Source: Eledone cirrhosa
Lineage: Eukaryota
DNA length: 64,000 bases
Reading direction: 5' to 3'
Assembly (NCBI GenBank): GCA_964016885.1
Contig: OZ024746.1
Location: 1,860,001 to 1,924,000, forward strand
This document shows, one piece after another, positions 42,951-56,040 of the stretch. The stretch's first letter is position 1; every line of letters starts with the position of its first letter. Below the pieces are notes generated by a model. That model saw nothing but the letters and a program-made list of their open reading frames with translations. It made no database searches and was not told the DNA's origin. The position numbers and the translations under genes were made by a program.

Positions 42951-45900
42951 TTTGGAACCTATAACCTAAGTTTGGAACCTATTACCAATCAAAGTTTGGA
43001 ACCTATTACCAATCAACGTTTGGAACCTATTACCAATCAAAGTTTGGAACCTATAACCAATCAAAGTTTGGAACCTATTACCAATCAACGTTTGGAACCT
43101 ATTACCAATCAAAGTTTGGAACCTATTACCAATCAACGTTTGGAACCTATTACCAATCAACGTTTGGAACCTATTACCAATCAAAGTTTGGAACCTATTA
43201 CCAATCAAAGTTTGGAACCTATTACCAATCAACGTTTGGAACCTATTACCAATCAAAGTTTGGAACCTATTACCAATCAAAGTTTGGAACCTATTACCAA
43301 TCAAAGTTTGGAACCTATAACCAATCAAAGTTTGGAACCTATTACCAATCAACGTTTGGAACCTATTACCAATCAAAGTTTGGAACCTATAATCAATCAA
43401 AGTTTGGAACCTATTACCAATCAACGTTTGGAACCTATTACCAATCAAAGTTTGGAACCTATTACCAATCAACGTTTGGAACCTATTACCAATCAAAGTT
43501 TGGAACCTATTACCAATCAAAGTTTGGAACCTATTACCAATCAAAGTTTGGAACCTATTACCAATCAAAGTTTGGAACCTATAACCAATCAAAGTTTGGA
43601 ACCTATTACCAATCAACGTTTGGAACCTATTACCAATCAAAGTTTGGAACCTATAACCAATCAACGTTTGGAACCTATTACCAATCAAAGTTTGGAACCT
43701 ATAACCAATCAAAGTTTGGAACCTATTACCAATCAACGTTTGGGACCTATTACCAATCAAAGTTTGGAACCTATAACCAATCAAAGTTTGGAACCTATTA
43801 CCAATCAACGTTTGGAACCTATTACCAATCAAAGTTTGGAACCTATAACCAATCAAAGTTTGGAACCTATTACCAATCAACGTTTGGAACCTATTACCAA
43901 TCAACGTTTGGAACCTATTACCAATCAAAGTTTGGAACCTATTACCAATCAACGTTTGGAACCTATAACCAATCAAAGTTTGGAACCTATTACCAATCAA
44001 CGTTTGGAACCTATTACCAATCAACGTTTGGAACCTATTACCAATCAAAGTTTGGAACCTATTACCAATCAACGTTTGGAACCTATTACCAATCAAAGTT
44101 TGGAACCTATTACCAATCAACGTTTGGAACCTATTACCAATCAAAGTTTGGAACCTATAACCAATCAAAGTTTGGAACCTATTACCAATCAAAGTTTGGA
44201 ACCTATTACCAATCAAAGTTTGGAACCTATAACCAATCAAAGTTTGGAACCTATTACCAATCAAAGTTTGGAACCTATTACCAATCAAAGTTTGGAACCT
44301 ATAACCAATCAAAGTTTGGAACCTATTACCAATCAAAGTTTGGAACCTATAACCAATCAAAGTTTGGAACCTATTACCAATCAAAGTTTGGAACATATAA
44401 CCAATCAAAGTTTGGAACCTATAACCAATCAAAGTTTGGAACCTATAACCAATCAAAGTTTGGAACCTATTACCAATCAAAGTTTGGAACCTATTACCAA
44501 TCAAAGTTTGGAACCTATAACCAATCAAAGTTTGGAACCTATTACCAATCAAAGTTTGGAACCTATAACCAATCAAAGTTTGGAACCTATAACCAATCAA
44601 AGTTTGGAACCTATTACCAATCAAAGTTTGGAACCTATAACCAATCGAAGTTTGGAACCTATTACCAATCAAAGTGTGGAACCTATTACCAATCAAAGTT
44701 TGGAACCTATTACCAATCAACGTTTGGAACATATTACCAATCAAAGTTTGGAACCTATTACCAATCAACGTTTGGAACCTATTACCAATCAAAGTTTGGA
44801 ACCTATAACCAATCAAAGTTTGGAACCTATTACCAATCAAAGTTTGGAACCTATTACCAATCAAAGTTTGGAACCTATTACCAATCAAAATTTGGAACCT
44901 ATAACCAATCAAAGTTTGGAACCTATTACCAATCAAAGTTTGGAACCTATAACCAATCAAAGTTTGGAACCTATTACCAATCAAAGTTTGGAACCTATAA
45001 CCAATCAAAGTTTGGAACCTATTACCAATCAAAGTTTGGAACCTATAACCAATCAAAGTTTGGAACCTATTACCAATCAAAGTTTGGAACCTATTACCAA
45101 TCAACGTTTGGAACCTATTACCAATCAACGTTTGGAACCTATTACCAATCAAAGTTTGGAACCTATTACCAATCAACGTTTGGAACCTATTACCAATCAA
45201 CGTTTGGAACCTATAACCAATCAAAGTTTGGAACCTATTACCAATCAAAGTTTGGAACCTATTACCAATCAAAGTTTGGAACCTATTACCAATCAACGTT
45301 TGGAACCTATTACCAATCAAAGTTTGGAACCTATTACCAATCAACGTTTGGAACCTATTACCAATCAAAGTTTGGAACCTATAACCAATCAAAGTTTGGA
45401 ACCTATAACCAATCAAAGTTTGGAACCTATAACCAATCAAAGTTTGGAACCTATAACCAATCAAAGTTTGGAACCTATAACCAATCAAAGTTTGGAACCT
45501 ATAACCAATCAAAGTTTGGAACCTATTACCAATCAACGTTTGGAACCTATTACCAATCAAAGTTTGGAACCTATTACCAATCAACGTTTGGAACCTATTA
45601 CCAATCAAAGTTTGGAACCTATTACCAATCAACGTTTGGAACCTATTACCAATCAAAGTTTGGAACCTATAACCAATCAAAGTTTGGAACCTATTACCAA
45701 TCAAAGTTTGGAACCTATTACCAATCAAAGTTTGGAACCTATTACCAATCAAAGTTTGGAACCTATAACCAATCAAAGTTTGGAACCTATTACCAATCAA
45801 AGTTTGGAACCTATAACCAATCAAAGTTTGGAACCTATTACCAATCAAAGTTTGGAACCTATAACCAATCAAAGTTTGGAACCTATTACCAATCAAAGTT

Positions 45901-47815
45901 TGGAACCTATAACCAATCAAAGTTTGGAACCTATTACCAATTAAAGTTTGGAACCTATTACCAATCAAAGTTTGGAACCTATTACCAATCAAAGTTTGGA
46001 ACCTATAACCAATCAAAGTTTGGAACCTATTACCAATCAAAGTTTGGAACCTATAACCAATCAAAGTTTGGAACCTATTACCAATCAAAGTTTGGAACCT
46101 ATAACCAATCAAAGTTTGGAACCTATTACCAATCAAAGTTTGGAACCTATTACCAATCAAAGTTTGGAACCTATTACCAATCAAAGTTTGGAACCTATTA
46201 CCAATCAAAGTTTGGAACCTATTACCAATCAAAGTTTGGAACCTATTACCAATCAAAGTTTGGAACCTATTACCAATCAAAGTTTGGAACCTATTACCAA
46301 TCAAAGTTTGGAACCTATTACCAATCAAAGTTTGGAACCTATTACCAATCAAAGTTTGGAACCTATAACCAATCAAAGTTTGGAACCTATTACCAATCAA
46401 AGTTTGGAACCTATTACCAATCAAAGTTTGGAACCTATTACCAATCAAAGTTTGGAACCTATTACCAATCAAAGTTTGGAACCTATAACCAATCAAAGTT
46501 TGGAACCTATTACCAATCAAAGTTTGGAACCTATAACCAATCAAAGTTTGGAACCTATTACCAATCAAAGTTTGGAACCTATTACCAATCAAAGTTTGGA
46601 ACCTATTACCAATCAAAGTTTGGAACCTATTACCAATCAAAGTTTGGAACCTATTACCAATCAAAGTTTGGAACCTATTACCAATCAAAGTTTGGAACCT
46701 ATTACCAATCAAAGTTTGGAACCTATTACCAATCAAAGTTTGGAACCTATTACCAATCAAAGTTTGGAACCTATTACCAATCAAAGTTTGGAACCTATTA
46801 CCAATCAAAGTTTGGAACCTATAACCAATCAAAGTTTGGAACCTATTACCAATCAAAGTTTGGAACCTATTACCAATCAAAGTTTGGAACCTATTACCAA
46901 TCAAAGTTTGGAACCTATTACCAATCAAAGTTTGGAACCTATAACCAATCAAAGTTTGGAACCTATTACCAATCAAAGTTTGGAACCTATAACCAATCAA
47001 AGTTTGGAACCTATTACCAATCAAAGTTTGGAACCTATTACCAATCAAAGTTTGGAACCTATTACCAATCAAAGTTTGGAACCTATTACCAATCAAAGTT
47101 TGGAACCTATTACCAATCAAAGTTTGGAACCTATTACCAATCAAAGTTTGGAACCTATAACCAATCAAAGTTTGGAACCTATTACCAATCAAAGTTTGGA
47201 ACCTATTACCAATCAAAGTTTGGAACCTATTACCAATCAAAGTTTGGAACCTATTACCAATCAAAGTTTGGAACCTATAACCAATCAAAGTTTGGAACCT
47301 ATTACCAATCAAAGTTTGGAACCTATTACCAATCAAAGTTTGGAACCTATTACCAATCAACGTTTGGAACCTATTACCAATCAAAGTTTGGAACCTATTA
47401 CCAATCAAAGTTTGGAACCTATTACCAATCAAAGTTTGGAACCTATTACCAATCAAAGTTTGGAACCTATTACCAATCAAAGTTTGGAACCTATAACCAA
47501 TCAAAGTTTGGAACCTATTACCAATCAAAGTTTGGAACCTATTACCAATCAAAGTTTGGAACCTATAACCAATCAACGTTTGGAACCTATTACCAATCAA
47601 AGTTTGGAACCTATAACCAATCAAAGTTTGGAACCTATTACCAATCAAAGTTTGGAACCTATAACCAATCAACGTTTGGAACCTATTACCAATCAAAGTT
47701 TGGAACCTATAACCAATCAAAGTTTGGAACCTATTACCAATCAAAGTTTGGAACCTATAACCAATCAACGTTTGGAACCTATTACCAATCAAAGTTTGGA
47801 ACCTATTACCAATCA
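42951..47815. repeat. 24-bp minisatellite TTTGGAACCTATWACCAATCAAMG (~200 copies, 4.9 kb)
   Basis: Directly visible; source of the 1633, 990 and 625 aa repeat ORFs. Confidence 0.98.
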
Positions 47816-48045
47816 GGCAAACTGAGGGTATATAGTAAAGATCTAAATGATGTTGCTGACTTTGCAATAATTAGTGATATATCAATATTCAATCAGTCAT
47901 TGAACATTTCATGTATGTGTCATATGTTGACATGAAAATCAAAACAGCCAACAGTTTGCACCAACCAGCAAGTAAGTCTACCACACAAGGCTTATAACAA
48001 ACTGAATGAAACCAACCAGGCTTTTACAATACAAAGCTGTTTTAA

Positions 48046-48252
48046 CCCTTAAGCCTTTACATTACTCTATATTTCCTTATATTTTATTGGTAAAGGCTTT
48101 ACCTCACATAATATCGAATCTATGAGATTTTGATATTTATTTTGAAAACAATACGTTAACATAAGTATGAGTGGCCGGTTACAGCCACTCATACTTATGA
48201 GAAAGAGGTGAGAGAATTCTGGCTGGATACGGCTGGTTTAAATGCTAAAGGG
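48046..48252. mobile_element. TTAA piggyBac-type MITE (family P2)
   Basis: TTAA|CCCTTAAGC ... AATGCTAAAGGG|TTAA; internal sequence matches 36264-36480. Confidence 0.8.
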
Positions 48253-49989
48253 TTAAAGTGTTCATAATAATCTAAAAAGCTTTCATCATAATTTTATGTA
48301 AGAACCTTAGTTAAATTATATTCCGAATATCAACTTAATAATTCTTAATTATTTTTTAAACTATTGTCTTTGATTAGAAATATAGTAACGAAAGGGTTAA
48401 TGTGTTGTATTTGTGGCATGTTAATGAGAAGATAATGAATAAAATCCCAATTGACTCCTCATCATTATAGTCTGTTTCCCCTACTAGCAAGGGTTGGACA
48501 GGGTCATCATAGATGGAGTCAGTACTTAGCCAGAGTCGCTGACCTCTAAGACAGGCTGAGGACTACATGTTGCTGAGACAGGTTCCCTTACACAACAGAA
48601 TGTACTGTATCAGCACTAGATAGGTTATCATGTCTTCACATTTCTAATAATAGTTTTAGTTTGATTGTGTGCATGTGTGTGTGAGTATGTATATATGGAA
48701 ATAACACGTGACAACTGAATATACGATTCACTGCAGCTAGCGGCAACATTTAGCATCTCGCCCCGTTCTTTGGTAGAATGAAAACCTGTTGATGAATTGA
48801 ATCCTCTGTTTGATCATGAATACCACGAGCTTGCCAGTCACGTAAGTCTGATATTTGATTTCGGATTCATAGAAACACTTTAAACGTATAACGTTTGATT
48901 TGTCCAGGTGTATTTTTCTCAATCTGTTAGTTCTTTCGTTACTTTGGTATTGTGTGTTAGATTTTGCCTACCACAATGTTCAATTTGTCAAGCTATTTAA
49001 ACGTATGTTATTAATCTAAGGACCTACCTTGTCGAGTGCTTTGCTAACTCATTCATATAGTAGGTCGAATTTGCTTGCACACTGCCAAAGATTCGATTTT
49101 ACTAAGCATCCAATTATATATATATATATATATATATAGTCTAATATTAGAGTTTATGAACTTCATAACAGAAAACAATCCTATAAGCCAGAAAAAATAA
49201 TATTCATTGTTTGTTATCTGTTTCAGTCATTATTATCAATATATTCCACATCATCTCCAGACGAATGTGTTTTTCACATGTTCTCTTTCAGATGATACTA
49301 TGATAAGTATATTGCAGAGAGGGGGAGGAGAGGGGGGATTTTTTACATTTTAATCAACTATGTTTTTAATTCATTAGAGTACTTATCAGTTATGGCTCTC
49401 AACCAATTAGTCCATTACTGGTAGTAGTAGTATTTCAAGTTTCTATAAGCTAACATACCCCATACATCTGGCCAACAGAACCAATGTTACTTGTGTAACC
49501 TGGTAAGTATCTTCATTAAAAAAATCAAATTATAATGAGTTTCAAAAGCTCAAAGAACATCAGTTGCCAACTACCCAGCAGTAAAGCTGTTACCTTTAAA
49601 CTATATAAATTATTGACATTTTCTCTTTTTTGTTATTTCCATTATCTAAGAAGGTCATTGATACATCATTAATAATGATAAACTGGTCCATTAATGACCT
49701 TAGTTTTGTCTAGAAAGTTTTCAGACTGGCGCCATGCCATTTGGTTGAGTGCTGACCAAATCTATTTTGCATGATAACAACTTTTTTGTTGCTGTTGTGT
49801 CTTTTTTTTTTACATATTATTGAAGAGCAATGTGAAATAGAGTCTAGAACGGACCACAAGATAATAACACAACTGTGTTATAATACCCATTGGCAAGACA
49901 TATAACTCTGCCATAGTTTGTCTAATAGGTTTCACTCCTATTTCATGGCCAAGTTGTTAACATCAGGAAAGTATTACACTTTAAAGAAG

Positions 49990-51130
49990 ATCATCATCAT
50001 CATCATCATCATTGTTTTTATGTCCGTCTTTTCCCTCTTTTGCATGGGTTGACCGGGTCCTTTTCAGCACAGCATTTCTCCACTCACTGCATTTTTTCAT
50101 CATCTCCTCTATGAGGTTACCTCTCATCACCTCCTCTTTCTTGGTCAACCTCTACCACATCTTCCTTCCACTTACACTTCTTCACCCATTATGTGCATCA
50201 CACGTCTGTACCAACGCAGTCTTCTCTCTTTACACCACCTCGAATTCCTCTTAAACCCAGCTTCTCCTTCAACTCGTCCAAGTTCTGCCTCTCTTTCACA
50301 CTTACATTGCACATCCAACAGAGCATGGTTGCTTCATTTCTCTCCAGCTTATACATGTTCTCTGCAGTCACTACCCATATTTCACTACCATGCAGCACCA
50401 CATGTTCTCTGCAGTCACTACCCATATTTCACTACCATGCAGCACCACATGTTCTCTGCAGTCACTACCCATATTTCACTACCATGTAGCACCACATGTT
50501 CTCTGCAGTCACTACCCATATTTCACTACCATGTAGCACCACATGTTCTCTGCAGTCACTACCCATATTTCACTACCATGTAGCACCACATGTTCTCTGC
50601 AGTCACTACCCATATTTCACTACCATGTAGCACCACATGTTCTCTGCAGTCACTACCCATATTTCACTACCATGTAGCACCACATGTTCTCTGCAGTCAC
50701 TACCCATATTTCACTACCATGTAGCACCACATGTTCTCTGCAGTCACTACCCATATTTCACTACCATGCAGCACCACATGTTCTCTGCAGTCACTACCCA
50801 TATTTCACTACCATGTAGCACATGTTCTCTGCAGTCACTACCCATATTTCACTACCATGCAGCACCACATGTTCTCTGCAGTCACTACCCATATTTCATT
50901 ACCATGCAGCACCACATGTTCTCTGCAGTCACTACCCATATTTCACTACCATGTAGCACCACACACAGACGTCATACAGTCGTCCTGTTGTAGGGAGAAA
51001 CCTTTGGTCAACAGTGGGTGTAACTCTCTAAACGTTTCCCATTCTATTCTAGCCATTATGCCCTGGGAGCACCCTCCTCCACTGCTGATTAAGTCCCCTG
51101 GGTAGCAGAAGCTATCAACCACATCTAAAA
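49990..51130 (-). mobile_element. decayed RTE LINE containing an internal 47-bp tandem expansion
   Basis: (CAT)n tail at ~49990. Frames give VDSFCYPGDLISSGGGCS..RIEWETFREL, and after the array VLHGSEIWVVTAENMYKLERNEATMLCWMCNV. Confidence 0.85.
50354..50961. repeat. 47-bp minisatellite (~13 copies) derived from RTE ORF2
   Basis: Unit CATGTTCTCTGCAGTCACTACCCATATTTCACTACCATGYAGCACCA is the reverse complement of the LHGSE(T/I)W coding segment. Confidence 0.93.
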
Positions 51131-52262
51131 ATTACAATTGTGTGTTAGGAGAGATTAGTGATGAGCACTTATTACTATTGATAATCTGAACGACAAATCA
51201 ATCCCCTGATTGTGCCACCACTGACTATCTTGTAGCATACCTAACAGGTGTTAGGATACTAACTGAACCACAAAGTAAGGATGCCAGAAATGACTTAATG
51301 TCTTCTACTGCATGAAACAGTACTTGTAAAATATTCTTGAAAGGTGTAAAACAGCACTGTGACTGCATCACTGTAAAAATTAAGTCTTTACGTTAGTTTA
51401 CTGAAAATCTTCACAACAATCTGTCCACTAGTAAAGATACTACAAACACTTGAATTAACAAACATGTTTTTAGTAATTTTCTATGAAATTGTTACCAGAT
51501 GTTAAAAGTTTATGTACTGTATTGTATCCATGACAACTACATAATTCACAATCACTCCAGTCCACCAAACTGTAAATAAGTCTCAGACATTTTGCTAGCG
51601 TTTGTAAAGCTAACTTATATTTTGAAACTTTTGTACTGATGGCTTCTTACTGTATAACTAAACCACATTAACAGCACTAGCAGCAATAATATAGAAACAC
51701 ACACACTTTCTCGTATACAGAGTTTATGTGCAATGTTAAAGGCAAAATAAGCAGCTGATTGTTGCACTTTGTAAAGTATTGTATAACTGAAATACAGTGG
51801 AGATGATGAAGGATTGTGTAGAGAGATGCTGTGCTGGACCTGTCCAACCCATGGCACTGTGGAGAAACGGACATAAAAACGATGCTTAGTAAAATGTAAT
51901 ATTCTCGTGTGTGTGCTTTGAATGTCTAACATTACTCTACTAAGTTGCTATCTACTTAGAAGGAAAAAAGTTATTACCAATTCCAAATAGCCTTATTTAT
52001 TTTTCTTGTTTATAAATTATGTGAAATGACACTTTAAAGAAAATATTTCCTTATTTTTCATGCGATGCTTGCTATCCCTTCTGCTATTTTCTAAAGGCAC
52101 ACTGCAATTCTTTGGTTTTCAGAGTTTATTCTTTGCAATGTTATCAAATCACAAAATTAACTGAGTATTACTACTCTTCTCTTATAGAGAAGGAACCCAT
52201 TTTACTTTTGTAAAACATGGAAAAAACAAAAATAAATACACATAGAAAAAGAAACAACTTAC

Positions 52263-52412
52263 GAGTGCGAGATTAGCATTTGGAACATTGTTATTGTATT
52301 CTTGTAATTTACTTCTAAGTTCCTCCCGATTGAGTGTCGCTTCACTTGGTTCTCTCTTTGGCAGAATCTCATCTGGAATTGGACCTGATCTGTAACCAGA
52401 ATCGGTTTCATC
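52263..52412 (-). CDS. RASSF1: RASSF1/5-like exon (linker before the RA domain)
   Basis: atcttcag|GAT acceptor and CTC|gtaagt donor, both phase 0. Encodes DETDSGYRSGPIPDEILPKREPSEATLNREELRSKLQEYNNNVPNANLAL, comparable to RASSF1 LSQAEIEQKIKEYN. Confidence 0.9.
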
Positions 52413-53120
52413 CTGAAGATAAATAAAAACATACAAGTAATTATTATTATTGTACCCTATCTTTTTGCCATTTCGTCTTTTTAACAAACAACAACATAAA
52501 TATTCCATTCAAGTAAAATATTGTGTGTAGACACCTTAAGATATTTTTGTAAAATCTAGTTATTCTCACAAATTATAAGGAATCATTTCCATATTTATGT
52601 AGCAGACAAATTATGGATTACAATATTGTAATTAGTGATATTATATTTACCATAAAAGAACAATGTTGAACAATTTCATAAAAAAATGTATGTAAACAAA
52701 TTGGAACTACTCTATAGAATTTTACATGCCCAAATGAATCTAAGTTTATATGATACCATTGACAATTACAGAAGCACCATTGAATAAATGAAACATATTT
52801 GCCAGTTATGTATCTTGGCAATGTTTAAGCAAGATGCAATACAAAACTTGCTATATTTTACACAACTAGACTGAAGTACTGCATATGTAATCACTAACAA
52901 AATAAAAAGCAACTTAGGCAAAAAAAAAATAATAATATTAATAATGTACAATAGCAAAAAATAATTTAAAGGAAAAAAACTCAGGAAATATATATATTTA
53001 TATATATATATATATGCAATAATTGGGAAGGATGAAAATAAAATATGAATTTTAATAACTCTAAAGTTACAGAATAGCCAATGCATTCACTAGCAGTGAA
53101 ATAAACAGCTTTTCACCAAC

Positions 53121-53342
53121 CTGAAATCTTATTGGAGGAATTTTGGAATGTATATCTCTAAATAAAAACTGTAACTTTTCCCAATCCCAACATGCCACCA
53201 TGTCTTTTACTTTGTCAGGCAGCTGTTCTTGTTCCCTCAAAGATTTGGTGACCCACAAGAATGGTGACAAAACAGGTTCGTGAATATCAATTCTCAGAGG
53301 AATATCTTCTCTGTAAACTTGGGAGATCTCCCTGGAACAACT
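53121..53342 (-). CDS. candidate alternative first or cassette RASSF exon
   Basis: Phase-0 donor CAG|gttggt at 53120; in-frame gacATGg at 53201; possible phase-0 acceptor cctgtttctcctgttaaacag at 53343; stop-free for 74 codons. Confidence 0.35.
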
Positions 53343-54654
53343 CTGTTTAACAGGAGAAACAGGTGTTTATCACTTCATATCCATTAATGGGTTCGTCTCA
53401 ACATATCTATGCACTTGTGTGTGTGGGAGGTAGTGCAGTGGGTGTCTCAAAGAATGCATGTGTTTGTAATAAGACTAGGTAAACAAACTATAATAAATTA
53501 TTTAATCAATAAATGTTATCAAATCACAAAAACAAAGCTGAAACAAGAAAATAGAAATTTTTTGTTTTTTTTGTAACTCATATTTCTATTTCCCTTGAAT
53601 TCCTTTAGAGAAGTCCATTCTATAGCACACGCAGTATCCAGTCTAAGGATACTTTCCTCACTCCCACCAATCTCCAGGGTTCTGTAAAGAGTCATAGACA
53701 CTGTCCTTTCTAAGTGATAAATAAACTGAGCTAAAATGAAGTTCTGGAATCTATTAGAAAGACAACATTAAAGTTAGATGTAGAAGAAAGGCTTATCAAA
53801 ATATAAAACTTACAGGTCATCATAATCACCACCATTTAACATGTCTGAATGGGTTAGACAGGCTGTCACATTGAGGTCAGACAGGCTGTCACATTGAGGT
53901 CAGACAGGCTGTCACATTGAGGTCAGACAGGTCAGGTGAACATATCTTGTTCAAATACTCTATTTTAGCTTGTTTTTCTCATGCTCTTCTTAATGCTACC
54001 CACTTCACAGGGTGAAGTGGGTACTTTTGTCATGGCACCAACACTACCACCTTACAATGTAGATTGTATAGAATAAAATATTGAACTCTATACCAAAACT
54101 CTGAATTAAATACATTTCTTTTTCTTTATAATTCTCATGACCAAACTGCCTCTGACTATCTCAAGATTATTTGCAGAATCAATAGAAGACTAGCCAAAGA
54201 AGTCTGCAATGTAAAAATTGGGAATGTGTTTACAATAAATACATGGAGATTTGTCATGTAAAAATAAGTTCCCATACCTGATGTTTAACTCCTTCGGAGG
54301 AATTTACTAAATTTGTTATTTTATCAAGATGGATTTTATAACAAAGTAACAAAAAGTTCTTGTAACAAATTATATTTGAAGGTACTAATTTAAATAGGAA
54401 CTCTTTAAATTAGGTGTTTGGGGTTTTTATTTATTTTTTCTTTTCATGGAATTAGAGGTGGTTTTCGGTGGGTTGGCACCAAATGGGTTTGTGACTAATT
54501 TCACACTAGTTAGGATGCTAATCTTATACAAGTAAACCCTCCAAGAGAACAGGTACCTGTTGAAGGAACAGAAGTGTATGTAGAATAAAGTGTTCTCAAT
54601 ACACAACAACACTTTACAAATATCATTATATAGATATAAACAATAAAACTGCTG

Positions 54655-54828
54655 TATAGAGTAGATGGAGGAGGAAACCTTATAGAGTAGATGGAGGAGG
54701 AAACCTTATAGAGTAGATGGAGGAGGAAACCTTATAGAGTAGATGGAGGAGGAAGCCTTATAGAGTAGATGGAGGAGGAAACCTTATAGAGTAGATGGAG
54801 GAGGAAGCCTTATAGAGTAGATGGAGGA
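54655..54828. repeat. 26-bp minisatellite (~6.5 copies)
   Basis: Unit TATAGAGTAGATGGAGGAGGAAACCT. Confidence 0.93.
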
Positions 54829-54891
54829 AAGAGAACATATAGTATAATGTGACCATCATCAATTCTCTTCAAGTCTATTTCCTTTTTATTG

Positions 54892-55432
54892 TACCCAGCT
54901 AAACTGGTAACCATACCAGATGTACAATAACATACCCAGCTAAACTGGTAACCATACCAGATGTACAATAACATACCCAACCAAACTGGTAACCATACCA
55001 GATGTACAATAACATACCCAACCAAACTGGTAACCATACCAGATGTACAATAACATGCCCAACCAAACTGGTAACCATACCAGATGTACAATAACATACC
55101 CAGCCAAACTGGTAACCATGCCAGATGTACAATAACATACCCAACCAAACCAGATGTACAATAACATACTCAACCAAACTGGTAACCATACCAGATGTAC
55201 AATAACATACCATACCAGATGTACAATAACATACCCAGCCAAACTGGTAACCATACCAGATGTACAATAACATACCCAACCAAACTTGTAACCATACCAG
55301 ATGTACAATAACATACCCAGCCAAACTTGTAACCATACCAAATGTACAATAACATACCCAACCAAACTTGTAACCATACCAAATGTACAATAACATACCC
55401 AACCAAACTTGTAACCATACCAAATGTACAAT
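54892..55432. repeat. 41-bp minisatellite (~13 copies)
   Basis: Unit AAACTGGTAACCATACCAGATGTACAATAACATACCCAACC. Confidence 0.93.
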
Positions 55433-55739
55433 AGCACAATAACATATTGAGTGCCAAAACACATTTAACTGTGAACACCTTTCATTTCTATTTACATGAC
55501 CAGAAAAGAAAGTGAGAAGCTAGAAAGTAGTGCTGTGTTTGTAGTAGGAAAGTTATCAGAAGAGGCACTTATTAAAGAGATTCAATGACACAATAATGAT
55601 GTTCAGGTCTAGAATTCAGAGGTAAGCTGTACTATATAATGTTCAGTGTAAAAAGTGGGTACAATTTTCTAATAATGGGAAAATGTTGGAGATGTGAAGC
55701 ATAAAAGAGAAGAGAATTATTAATATTTGAATATATAAC

Positions 55740-56040
55740 ATTATCATCATCATACTCATTTTCCCATGCTGGCATGGGTTGGACAGGATGTTTTGAGAGA
55801 ATGTTTTACAGTCAGATGCCCTTCCTAATGCCAACCCTTTTAGTTGCCTCTTATGACACACAGGGATATGGTGTGTCTATTCTAAATCCTGGATATACAC
55901 AGATGATATATCATTATCATAACCATTTTATGTCTATTTTCCATGCTGAGACAACACAGATGACCACATAATGCTCATACATACCATTTTTGTATGGTTT
56001 CTGCAAGTGGATGCCCTTCCTAATGCCAACCACTTTACAA
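55740..56040 (-). mobile_element. short RTE 3'-tail fragments
   Basis: CATCATCAT...CCATGCTGGCATGGGTTGGAC...GATGCCCTTCCTAATGCCAACC matches the 3' UTR of the RTE copies. Similar stubs at ~36022, ~40385, ~48460 and ~51840. Confidence 0.65.

Noticed and set aside
42966-47867. 1633-aa and 990/625-aa ORFs as real genes
   Set aside because: Pure translation of the 24-bp repeat, non-ATG starts, no unique domain and no convincing splice sites.
48737-49110. CpG-richer segment ending in a weak hairpin plus CTAG (possible Helitron 3' end, - strand)
   Set aside because: The hairpin is poor, there is no A|T insertion signature or 5' TC end, and no second copy in the window.
54278-54410. Strong minus-strand donor CAG|gtatgg at 54277
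   Set aside because: No in-frame ATG or good acceptor upstream; could be non-coding but is unsupported.
25440-55432. CRISPR-like interpretation of the 24-47 bp arrays
   Set aside because: Units are head-to-tail with no unique spacers, there are no cas genes, and the context is eukaryotic intron.
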